NCBI GenBank assembly: GCA_950097015.1
Contig: CATNEN010000038.1
Coordinates: forward strand, 9,424,001-9,488,000
DNA: 64,000 nucleotides
Direction: 5' to 3'
Origin: Macrostomum hystrix
Taxonomy: Eukaryota; Animalia; Platyhelminthes
Shown here: in pieces, positions 12,397 through 24,600 of the stretch
How the letters are laid out: the number at the start of each line of letters is the position of its first letter
Position numbering within the stretch: the stretch's first letter is position 1
The notes under the pieces: generated by a model
Told to the model about the DNA's origin: nothing
Databases searched by the model: none
The model's input: only the letters and a program-made list of their open reading frames with translations
Position numbers and translations under genes: made by a program

Positions 12397-13074
12397 TTTA
12401 TACGTTTTTACGAACTTATAGTAATCTTGATTGATATAACATTTAAAAACGGAGAAGTCTTAGAAACCGTCAGATTTATAACTGACGGTAGCACGGTGTT
12501 TAATGGCTATTGATTATCGGGTAAATTTATCGTGTGACTCATTTTAAGCTTTGTGAGCCAGTTATAAACAGCAACTATTGATGGAGCTAGTCCGTCAGTT
12601 AGTTTTGACAGAATAGCCAATGCTGAGTTTTAAGCCAGGGAAATATTTTAACTATATTATAATGTCGGTCTGTCATTAGCAAAGCGATACCACTAGGTCC
12701 ACTAAAATCCCATAAAATACTAGGTAATCAAGCGATAAAAGAACACAAAAATTATTAAGTAGCTAGTCAGGATAGGCCTAGGCCTAGTCTTGCCTTATTA
12801 ATGGCATATGACTGTAAATGGCCTATTACTGTGGATCATTCTGTTTTTTACAGCTTCCTGGTAATTATAAATGTAATAGGCCTAATGAAATAAGTTTTTT
12901 GAGCCTCATTAAATTTGAAACTTGTTTAAAATTTTATTGGTTCGTTTGTTTCGTTTTATTGGTATTTTATTAAACTATAAAGAGTGTGGCTTACTTTTGC
13001 TATATAAATGTTTATAGGCCCCTATGTTGTACTTTTGTTATAATTATAATTAGGCCTATAATGAATTGATTATA

Positions 13075-13366
13075 ATTGATTACACCTGCCCTAATTGGGT
13101 CAGGTTTGCAGCCGACAGCACAGCCGGAGCTAATGTGCAGTGGATCTGAAGGCTGTGTAAAGCTGTTCAGTCTATGGACAAGGGGGATACCACACCCACC
13201 TTCAATTATCCCAGCTGATGCTGGTACCCATTTAACAGCTGGGTGAACTGAAGCAATGCAGAGTTAAGTGTCTTGCTAAAGGACACAAATTGTTCCAGTG
13301 GAGTTGGGAATTGAACCCCAGACCTTCAAGTCGTGAGTCAAATGCCTTAACCACTAGGCTAGGCCC
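13075..13366 (-). mobile_element. tRNA-derived SINE family A (CORE-like central domain)
   Basis: Minus strand reads tagcctagtggttaagg (A box) ... ggggttcaattccc (B box), then tgtgtcctttagcaagacacttaactctgc...aaatgggtacc; multiple dispersed copies in window. Confidence 0.85.
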
Positions 13367-14352
13367 TACAACTTTTCTTTTGTTAACTTTTGTTAATAAC
13401 CAACTGTTGCCATTGTCTTAGAAGTCACAAACTATTCCCCACATGGTTCTATACCCCAGTTAACAAGTGAGCAATGCATAGCCCTTCACAAATATATTCA
13501 CCTTTCTGCTTTCCTTTCTGGCTTCTATATCTTGCATTAACAACTCAGGTACACAAGTATTTTTTGAATAACATTTAAACTTTTTTTAAGCCATTAAAAG
13601 CTAAAACCATAAAGCATATTGTCTAATCTGTGTAGCCTGGTATTTTTTCTATGAAACATAATTTTTTAACATTCAAAGTGGTACTAATTCAATACATTAT
13701 CATATATGGTAGCTATATGTATTATGGTTGCTTAGTTAGAAATACATATTATTTAGCTTAGCTAGGGCCTAGCTTATATTATATTAGCTAGCTTAGCTTA
13801 GTTGCCATGTAGCTATTTAATATTTAATAACTTTAAATGTGTATATTACAAAACTTCTTATACCTTTGTTTCACTTTTTATGTCTTTGTTTTGGATCATG
13901 TGTGTGTGTAACCAGAGGTATAGAACTATTTAGGGGATTTAGTACTGGCACATATACTCTTTTGTGGCTTCTGGTACATATGACTAACATTAGCTTCTAA
14001 GTAATCTCACTAGCTATGACAAGTTCTTAATTTCAAAAATAGCTAGATATAACATATACTAGGCATAATAGTTTTACATATTAGCTTACAAATAAAATAA
14101 TACTAAGATAATTATTTGATGATGAGCTATCAGGAAAATAGATAATTATCTAACTTTCAAATAACACAATGAAGTTACACATTTCAGCCATTTGAGTAAT
14201 CTAATTGTGCAAGCAGAACTGACTCACTGCTCTACGACTCTGGCTTTTCCAAACCTACTTACATAAGCTTTAAAGCCTTACTGCGTTTCGCCACTGGAGG
14301 GGCGCAGCGACAGTCGGGCTTAGAGAAGGGAGCTGGTCCCGCTCTCAGTTTC

Positions 14353-16337
14353 ATGTCTTCCAGCCCCACAGTTGCTCTGCTGCGGCGCGAAACGGACGAA
14401 ACCTCTGACGAAGCCGACGCGCCATCGTCCGCTACCGCCGCTGGCACCCCTAGCGCCAGTCTGCTGACAGACAGCGAGGACTCTGACTCGGATTCCACAG
14501 ACCACGGCCCCACCGAGGCCCTAGTAGACACCGCTGGCAGCTTGAACAGCCGGCGAAAGTTTGTCCGCGAGGCCGGCAGCCTGCTGTCGCTAATCATCTC
14601 CGGCAGCATGCCCAGATTGCGTCGGCCCCTTCTATTCCTCATGCTAATCCTCATAACAAACCTGACGCTGTACCTGCTGTTCCGGCCCTTCCCCCAGCTG
14701 GAGTCGTTTGTGCAGGACACAAACAAGCGCATTCACACCGGCGTCAGTGCCATCCGCGGTGGCATCAACGCGGCTGCTGGCGGCAGTGTCGGCGGCGGCT
14801 TCGGCGGAGGGCTTGGCGTAGGCAGCGCCACCGGCGGCCTCGGAGCTAGCGGCGGCGGCGGCGGCGGCGATTTGGACGGTGACGAGACCTTCCTGGAGTA
14901 CCTGGGCCTCCTTGGCAGATTTGAAGCTGCTAAACCCGGCGGCGGCAGCTTCAAGCTGGCCAAGGAAGCCGGCGCCCTCGGCTTCGTCGTGGCATCCAGC
15001 GTCTCCGCCAACGACTACGTCTACGCATTCGACCTGTTGGAGTCGGTGCGGGCCAACCTCAACGACACCCTGCTGGTGCTGCTAGACACGGGCCTGCATA
15101 TGTCCGATCTTAATCGGCTCAAGAAGCGGTGCAACGTCACCACCAGGTAGGGCCCGCCCTGTACATCCAGCTGCTAAAGTGACAGGCAAGATGAAGAACT
15201 TTGCGAGTGACTTTCAGTGGACTGGGTAGGGACTTACTATTAGATTGGTATAGAGTGATTTCCGGTGGGTCAGGTTGAGAGTGAGGTTAAAATTGATTGC
15301 TGAAAGCCAACCAATCAAGTGTTAACCAATCATAGCAGAGGGGGGGTCGGTGGCAGAGCGGTTAACGCGTTTGCCTCTTGCACCAAGGTCCCTGAGCTCG
15401 ATTCCGGGGCAAGGCCTCATTTATTTGGAGCGCAGCGCTGGCTGTGGGTCTTGTGTGCCATTGCCCGCAGCCCTCCTGCAATTATTATTATTATATTATA
15501 AGTCAAGCCTGGCATTTAAACGCTCCAGGTGCCGAATCGATGCGTTCGACTTCGACAAATTTCCTTCGCACGTGCAGCGCACGGGGACCAACGCGTTCAA
15601 GCCCCTAGCCATCCAGATGCTGCTCCGCGACTACGGTGGCGTCATCTGGACGGACCTTCGGCGCACGCCCTACTACTTCGTAGTTGACGCTGATGAAATC
15701 GCGCCGACCCTGACTGCGGCTAGGCGCGTTGGCATTCAGGCCTGGACTATACCGCCGCCCGCGTCAGCACTGACCCACCCGCAGACATTCTTCTATTTAA
15801 AGGCCGATCCCAAGGACTTCTACTTCCTACATATGGTGGCCTCCGCTCACCTGGTGCTGTATTACACGGAGTTCCTGCACACCAGTGTCATGCTGCCGTG
15901 GGTAAAATGCGCACTCAATTCCGACTGCTGGCAGCCGCTAGGAGCCCACCAGAGCGGCTGCGACTTCAACAGGCCGCCATTCTTTAAGTACAGCGGCTGT
16001 CACTTCTACGACATGTCCGCGCTCAATGTAGTGCTGGGCTTGGCCTTCCAGTTCAATGTGACCGCCTACGAGTGCCGACAGAAGGTGAGCTTCTGACCCC
16101 TGCCTGCCTGCCTGCCTTTCTGTCTGTATTTTAGTCTGTCTGTCAGTCAGTTATTCCGTCTGCCTGTCAGTCTGTCGCTGCCCGTATCACACTACCCGCT
16201 GCCTGATCCTAATTCGCCAGGTGTTCGGCTACAACACCAATGACACCAGCCTGGACAATCACTTCCGGGTGCCAGGACTCAACTTTGACGATCTGCGACG
16301 TCGGGCCGCCCTCGGTCCCTTCGAGATGAACAGCTAA
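14353..16337 (+). CDS. Type II membrane protein, DUF1647-like (putative glycosyltransferase-like luminal domain); exons 14353-15146, 15529-16084, 16221-16337
   Basis: Single N-terminal TM (PLLFLMLILITNLTLYLLF), Gly-rich stem, then AFKPLAIQ, GGVIWTD, MLPWVKCAL..DC..P.GA...GC.F, YSGCHFYDMSALN; frame closes across junctions. Start may be the Met at 14608. Confidence 0.8.
15340..15496 (+). mobile_element. SINE family B, internally deleted copy
   Basis: ggggtcggtggcagagcggttaacgcg head, agctcgattcc B-box-like motif, gcagccctcctgca plus (att)n tail. Confidence 0.8.
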
Positions 16338-16499
16338 CATGCTTGGCGCCTCTGCTTTGGGGCTTGCAACACGAAAATGCGTTTTGAATTATTTTTTATT
16401 TTGCTTTTATTTGCTTCGTTGCTAGCTGATGAGGTGTCACGAGAAAGTTAGACCCCTGCATGCAGACATTTTTTGCAGCTGCATTTCTTTAGTAGACCT

Positions 16500-17025
16500 G
16501 TTTGTCACTCCACACAGTGTGACATTGTCCGACCTACCTGATTGTCACTCCACATCGTGTGACATTGTCGGACCTGCCATCTTGTCACTCCACATCGTGT
16601 GACATTGTCCGACCTACCTGATTGTCACTCCACACGGTGTGACATTGTCCGACCTGCCATCTTGTCACTCCACATCGTGTGACATTGTCCGACCTGCCAT
16701 CTTGTCACTCCACATCGTGTGACATTGTCCGACCTACCTGATTGTCACTCCACTTCGTGTGACATTGTCCGACCTACCTGATTGTCACTCCACATCGTGT
16801 GACATTGTCCGACCTGCCATCTTGTCACTCCACATCGTGTGACATTGTCCGACCTACCTGTTGTCACTCCACATCGTGTGACATTGTCCGACCTACCTGA
16901 TTGTCACTCCACATCGTGTGACATTGTCCAACCTACCTGATTGTCACTCCACATCGTGTGACATTGTCCGACCTACCTGATTGTCACTGCACACAGTGTG
17001 ACACTTTCTGACCTGCCATCTTTTC
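16500..17025. repeat. 40-bp minisatellite with internal inverted repeat TGTCAC-N10-GTGACA
   Basis: Tandem period ~40, just downstream of the DUF1647-like stop codon. Confidence 0.93.
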
Positions 17026-17537
17026 ACTCAATCTTTAAGATTTGATTTGTTCAAGATATGCAATCCCTTAAGTCTTTTATTCGTTATTATTTGTTAGTCT
17101 GGCTCTGATAGTCAGTGTTTTTTTCTGTCACTGTAGCAAGAAACAATTGTTAATTATAAGTCATTGTGGTCAGTTGCTGATTTTTGCTTGAATTACAGAA
17201 AACATTTCTTTTTTGAATGTTTGAAAGCGTTATTTTTCAAGTTTAACAAACCAAAATTGTACTAAATTTTTAGATTTTTTCGGTTTGTTGTTTTTGTTGC
17301 ATATTTTCTGAGTTAAGATCAGTGATTTATCTGAGTGTAGTTTTTTGGAATGGGAAACCTTGGATTTTTTATTCCTTGAGCTAATTACTTACTACTGAGT
17401 AGTAGTTCTGGTGTTTTGCTGTCCTCTTTCTGCAGGTATTCATTGTATTTATTCCGTGAAAGTGCAGATTTTATAAAAAAGTTTTTTCTCTTGCCCTGTT
17501 AGAAAACCTATGTAAAGGCTGTTTACATAAATCAAGC

Positions 17538-17742
17538 ATTGTACATAATCTGGTAATGTACACAATCTGGTAATGTACATAATCTGGTAATGTACACAAT
17601 CTGGTAATGTACACAATCTGGTAATGTACATAATCTGGTAATGTACATAATCTGGTAATGTACACAATCAGGTAATGTACATAATCTGGTAATGTACATA
17701 ATCTGGTAATGTACACAATCTGGTAATGTACATAATCTGGTT
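17538..17742. repeat. 17-bp minisatellite (aatgtacataatctggt)
   Basis: Tandem period 17. Confidence 0.9.
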
Positions 17743-18274
17743 ATGTCAGGCATTGTATACAAAGCACAATGGCCACGTACATCGTTGGGGAATGTACATA
17801 TTCGCGAAATTTATATAGGGGAGTAATGTACACAATCAGGTATTGTGCATAGTGGGAAACGTACATGGTTGTGTCATATACATCTTAAAAATGTACTCTG
17901 CATGAAATTTGTACATTCTCTAGCAATGCGCTTTTATCCCTCACCGCTGCTTTTCTCTGAAAACAATAGAATTCAGTTGGTTTTTTATTTTCGATTTATG
18001 GACCAATGAGCAGATGTTAATTGGGCACTCTGGTTTGACGAGCCGCGTCTGTCACTTTTGTCAAATATAAGTCCATTTATTGAGATTTTTGCTTTTGACT
18101 CGTTTGATAATAGAAGTTTAGTCTGAAGCTCTTTGTGTCCGTTTCTTTTTTAGCAGGAAGCATAACATGTAGATTCAGAATTTTATATATACAGGATAGG
18201 ATTTTGATTGTAAAACTTATCCAAATGAGATCTTAATCCTTGTAACACCTAATAATAATTATAACAATAATTAT

Positions 18275-18560
18275 TTAATGCCAATTGGGACGGATGTGCA
18301 GCCGACAGCACAGCCGGAGCTATTGCACGGCGCATCAGAAGGCTGCGTACGGCTGTTCAGTCCATGGACTGGGGGGACGCCACACCCACCTTCAATTATC
18401 CCAGCTAATACTGGTACCCATTTGAGATCTGGGTGAAATGAAGCAATGCAGAGTTAAGTGCCTTGCTAAAGGTCACACAAATTTTCCAATGGAGTCAGTA
18501 ATCGAACCCCCGACCTTCAAGTTGTTAGTCCGACGCTTGAACCTCAAAGCTACAACCCCT
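18275..18560 (-). mobile_element. SINE family A copy
   Basis: Near full-length match to the 13075-13366 copy. Confidence 0.85.
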
Positions 18561-18679
18561 GTCCTGAACTTAACACTTTAAGTCCTCAATTACATCTAGG
18601 GGTGAGATTTCCAATCTTACTAGCTGCTGTAGTAACACATCTCGTACACCATCCAATAAAACTCACCCGCCGAATCCAG

Positions 18680-21600
18680 TACTCGAACTCGCGACCACCG
18701 GGCCTGCTGGATCTGCCCAGCCTGGCACTGGGCCAAATCCTGCTCAGGCTGCACGGCCATCGAGAGCTCAGCAGCCTCTCCGCTGTCAGCCGCTCCGCCC
18801 GGCTCGCGCTGGCTCAGGCTGGCGAGTCAGCCGCCTGGCGCCGCCTCGTTCGCCTCCGCTTCCTGCCGGCCGCCAGCGAAGCTGCCCAGGCCGCGGTGCT
18901 CCGCTGCGCCGCCGACTGGCGCGGCCGCTACGCCCGGCTGCACGCCGCCTACGCCACCTGGCTCCGACTCCGTGCGGCAATGCTGGCTCGCCTGCCGGGA
19001 CCCCGCGATGACATTCGGGTCAACCTCATCGACTCTGCGGCCGCCCGCCTGCTTCTGTCCGACGTTGCTAGCCCGTTGCTAGGCAGCGACGAATCCATCA
19101 CAGACGCTTTTCACCTGCTGCTGCTGGCCTTAAACCGGCTCTCTGCCGAGATCATCCTGGACGACAATTGCGTTGGGGACGCTTTCATTATTGACCAGCT
19201 TGCCTGCTACCTACACCGCATGCGGGCTCTCAATCGACTCATCGCCATCCACGCCAGAGACGCCCCTGAGCTGTCCACCGTGCAGGCCGCATGCCTGCTG
19301 TCCAGCTACGTACAGGTGCGATGGCATTTCAGCTTCTCGCGTACGACTCTTGAGGTTGCTAGGATTAGACAGCTTGAGAGCACGTTACTCCGAGTAATAC
19401 GAGATAAGCCTAAGCTACTCCAAATAAGACAGAAGGACAGAAATTCCTGCGTTCTACAGTCAAGATGCAGTCGGCACGAGCGATTGAGTTCAATTCAGCT
19501 CAACCTGCCTTTGCCAGGGCGCACAATGGGTCTACATTTTCGGGCATTAGTCTATCTAATTTGCTTACAGAACGTTGCTTGCCGAAGTTTACGTGCAGGA
19601 TTTTCGCTTTTACCTTCATGGAACTTTCATTACTCAGAGACAAGTACAGTTCCACTATAGAACAGTCCAAGTGGACTACTCCATCTAAACCAGGGGTCGG
19701 CAAACTCCGGCCCGCGGGCCAGATGCGGCCCTCAAAGCTCCCAAATCCGGCCCGTTGCCCCTTCCGACACCTATTGTATACAGTTTCATCTTTCCCCTGC
19801 CTCATCTCTCCCGTGTGTCGCCTTTCCCCCTGTCTCATCTCTCCCGTGTGTCACCTCTCCCGTGTCTTATCTCTCCATTGTCTCGTCTCTCCCGTGTCTT
19901 ATCTCTCCATTGTCTCGTCTCTCCCGTGTCTTGTCTCTCCTTTGTCTCACCTCTCCTGTGTCTTATCTCTCCATTGTCTCGTCTCTCCCGTGTCTCATCT
20001 CTCCATTGTCTCGTCTCTCCCGTGTCTTATATCTCCATTGTCTCGTCTCTCCCGTGTCTTATCTCTCCATTGTCTCGTCTCTCCCGTGTCTTATCTCTCC
20101 ATTGTCTCGTCTCTCCCGTGTCTTGTCTCTCCTTTGTCTCACCTCTCCTGTGTCTTATCTCTCCCGTGTCTCATCTCTCCTGTTTCTCATCTCTCCCCTA
20201 TCTCTGATATATGTCTCTTAGATTTCTACAGTCTGCGCGGCCCGCTGTCGTCTTTTAGGTTCTCTTTTTGGCCCGCTAGGCCCTAGCTAATAAGTTTGCC
20301 GACCCCTGATCTAAACAGTAGAGATTTGGCATGATTAACAATATACGAGTATTCGATCTAGACAGCAATTCTGATTGTTGCTCGTAGTTAGATCATTACT
20401 CTGCCCAATTTTAGAACTACTTTATCATTATCATATCTATTCAATCGTACTGAAATCAGAGAACTAGCACAATTTATGCTGCTAATAATCCCTATCTATT
20501 ATGCTACTCGTAAATCCTTCGTATGAAACTCGAAGGATAGTTTAAAAGCCTAGACAGGTGAAATTCCCCAACTGGACGCGAAACTCTTCGAAGCGGACTT
20601 TAACAAGCTAATTTCTGCAATCAAACTTCGGCCGGTAATCGTCCACAATCAAACTTCGGCAGGTACGAGTAATCTTCCGCAATCAAACTTCGGCAGGTAA
20701 TCTTCCGCAATCAAACTTCGGCAATCAAACTTCGGCAGGTAATCTTCCGCAAGCAATCTTCGGCAATCAAACTTCGGCAGGTAATCTTCTGCAAGCAATC
20801 TTCGGCAATCAAACTTCGGCAGGTAATCTTCCGCAATCAAACTTCGGCAGGTACGAGTAATCTTCCGCAATCAAACTTCGGCAGGTAATCTTCCGCAATC
20901 AAACTTCGGCAATCAAACTTCGGCAGGTAATCTTCCGCAAGCAATCTTCGGCAATCAAACTTCGGCAGGTAATCTTCTGCAAGCAATCTTCGGCAATCAA
21001 ACTTCGGCAGGTAATCTTCCGCAATCAAACTTCGTCAGGTAATCTTCCGCAATCAAAATTAAATTCGGCAGGCAATCTTCCGCAATCAAACTTCGGCAGG
21101 TAATCTTCCGCAATCAAACTTCGGCAGGTAATATTCTGTAAGCAATCTTCGGCAATCAAACTTCGGCAGGTAATCTTCCGCAAGCAATCTTCGGCAATCA
21201 AACTTCGGCAGGTAATCGTCCGCAAGCAATCTTCCGCAATCAAACTTCGGCAGGTAATCTTCCGCAATCAAACTTCGGCAGGTAATCTTCCGCAATCAAA
21301 CTTCGGCAGGTAATCTTCCGCAATCAAACTTCGGCAGGTAATCTTCCGCAATCAAAATTCGGCAGGCAATCTTCCGCAATCAAACTTCGGCAGGTAATCT
21401 TCCGCAATCAAACTTCGGCAGGTAATCTTCCGCAATCAAAATTCGGCAGGCAATCTTCCGCCAGCATTCTTTCGGAAGCAAATCTCATACTCCCTAAGCG
21501 AGATAGATTGGGCAGCACAGCACAAAACCCAACGCATCACTCCTGAGTACACATAAAATAAGGACAGAGCTTAGATGATGCTGAGAAGACACTGGGGGGT

Positions 21601-24600
21601 TGACTTTTCGCCATCTCCCGCAGGCCAGGCCTCTTGAAGAGCTGTCCGATGCGGTGCATCTGCGCCTGGACGAGATGGCCCAGGCCTGCCTGGACCGGGC
21701 CCGGCAGGACGCTCTGCTGGCGCCTCAGCTGGCGGACTTCAACATCCAGTGAGTCAATTTAAGTCCTCACTCTAACGAAATAGTATTTTGCTTTCCTTAG
21801 ATGACGAATCTTATGGGCTATACGTATGTCTAGCAATTTGATTTTCGCTACATGCTACGTACACTACTGCCTATTTTAACTATCATAGTATTCATGTAAT
21901 GCAAGTAAACAACCGTTTAGGGATATTATAAGGGGGCTGATTAGCAGATTTTTGTGATTTAAATAGTTATTGGGTATTTCCGAGGCGAGGACACAATGTG
22001 AGTCCTTGAGCAGTACTTTTAATTCCGAATCGCTTAAGTTGTCTAGAAATTTTAATGTACTCAGTCCATGGACGAACAGTTATACTTGGTGTTTAATAAT
22101 AAAAATAAAAATATTTGCTCACACCTGCAATAATAAGGTCAGATGTGCAGCCGACAGCACAACCGCAGCTGTTGCGCGGCGCATCTGAAGGCTGCATACG
22201 GCTGTTTAGTCCATGGACTGGGGAGACACCACACCCACCCACAATTCCAATCAACAGCTTGGTAAACTGAAGCAGTTCAAAGTGTTAAGTAGTGTCTTGC
22301 TAAAGGACACAAATTGTTCCAGTAGAGTCCGAAATCGAACCCCTGACCTTCAAGTCGTGAGTTCAATGCCCTAACCAGTAGGCTACAAGCCCCTTATTTA
22401 TTGGTGTTTAAATGCACTACAAAATTGCCGTGGCTGTTCCACTGACTGTACAGGTCTGGCCCTATCTTCTAATTAGATGACGAGTCACTCAGATATAGGC
22501 TACTCTCGCCCGATACTCAACAACCTTCGAAGGCCGGGCAGTCCGCACTCGCAATGTCCGAACGATCAGGAGCTGCCCGCCTCTCGTTGGGAGCCGGCCG
22601 CGTCGGTCTCGCTGGCCCGGCACATCCTGGAGACCCTGGCCGAGCGGTACAACTTTTACCACACCCTGCAGCTGGACGAATTCGATGAAAATTCCTACAT
22701 AGATCGAGCCCTGTTCAGTGGCGCCGGCTTGCCCATTGTGAAGGTGGCGATCTTCTGCGGTCTGGCCGCCCGCCTGGGACTGGCCGTGCGGCCTGTGAAC
22801 GTGCCCGACCACTTTATGTGCCGCCTGGTGCTGCAGCCTGGCGAAGATCCACTCAGCAGCAGCCTGCTGGTTGACGCTGCCAACCTTACTCTGCGCACCG
22901 TGTCAGATCGGTAAGCTTCTGACTGCCTGTGTGGGACCGGGAATTTTGGGGATCTAACTCTTCGCTGCTGCGACAAAATTGCTGTGGAGTTCATCCCACT
23001 AGTGGGATCTTTCTATATAGGGATCTAATAATAAAAATTGCAGAAGGGCTGCAGGCAGTGGCACATAATTTAGTGACACTAGACCCGCAGCCAGCGAGGA
23101 GGCAATTCTGCCCATTTCGCTGACTCCTGAGCACACACGCACACAGATCTGTACGCAGGCACACGCTCACACAGGTGTGTACATCTGCCCCGACTTTCTT
23201 ATCGCCAGGCAATGTACACTTAACTGTGCCTTGGAGGTTGCCCCTCAAGGGCGTAAATTGCACGACTAGCCCCAAGCCTTCTCTCCTCGGCTCCGCCACA
23301 AAAAATGTGGCCTCGCCGCGGAATCGAGCCTAGGGACCTTGGTGCGAGAGGCAAACGCAATAACCGCTCTGCCACCGACCTCCCGTAAAGGGATTGTTAT
23401 TTCACAATGAAGGCTGTCTGCCCCAATTTGTATTTTGCCCTTATTGAGATGTCAGGAAATTATCTCGCACCTCAAGATCTCCGTGGGATTTTTCCCCCAC
23501 TTTTGGGTTCTTTAATGACATTTTCCCTTCCCCGGGCCTATCCGTTGGACTTTTTTGGTATCTATGCTGCTCTTTATTCCAATGGTGGGATATTTTCCTA
23601 TCGCCCTCCCTCAGCCGCCTGCTGGAGTCATTCGGTGTCCACCGTCCGCACTCGGGCCGCATGACTCTGCGCCGCATGGCCCTGAACCTCCTCATCGGCG
23701 TGCCGGACGAGCAGCGAGACCTCCTGGCGCGTCGACGACCTCGCGGCCTCGACTACAATGAGTTGCACGCCCTGCTTGTCGTGCTCTTCCCAGAGGAGGA
23801 AGGCGTGCTCAACCTGCAGCGGCACACTGAGCACCTGCTGCAGCCCGGCCTGGGGCAGGTGGGGCTGTCTTTACAGCTGAACCATTGCTGTGTCACTCCT
23901 GAGTACTGCTGTACCATTGCTGTGTCACTCCTGAGTACTGCTGTACCATTGCTGTGTCACTCCTAAATACTGCTGTACCATTGCTGTGTCACTCCTAAAT
24001 ACTGCTGTACCATTGCGGTATCACTTCTGAGCCACGGCTTATCTACCCAATATTCCATGTTTTATCTACCCCATCTTCCATGACCTATCTAACCCATCGT
24101 CCATGGCTACATTGCTGTTACTCTAATGCATTGGTATAGGAGTGGTCATTGCCCACTGTTTAGAGCTTTTGACTTCTGACCGAGTGGACGGGAGTTCGAT
24201 TCTTAGCCCAAGGAAAAAAGATGAGTCCTTTGAGCAGGACACTTAATTCCCTGTTGCTTCAATTAGTTCGTCCAGCTGATAAATGAATGCCTGCATGAGC
24301 TGGGTGGATATTGTGGCTCCACAGCTGCGGCTGTGCCACTGTCTGTACACCTCACTCAGCTGGGTTTGGTGTGCTCTCTATTCTATATGTTTTGGAATGG
24401 CCGCCCGCAGTCGCAGCTGATGGCCATAGACTATGCCTACACCGCTCAGCTGCGCCAGTTCTGCGCCCTGACCGCCCAGTCTTCGGCTGCGTCGGCTGCG
24501 GCTGAGCCGGCCTACGCCGCCGCCCTCGAACGCATCGAGGCAGCCTGCAGCGCCGCAATGGTTGACGCCCTTCAGGCCAGGCTGCGGACTCGCCCGACCG

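Noticed and set aside
19316-20286. Extension of the F-box ORF and Cys/Leu/Ser-rich ORFs
   Set aside because: Read-through past the donor at 19316 into intron and MITE tandem repeat.
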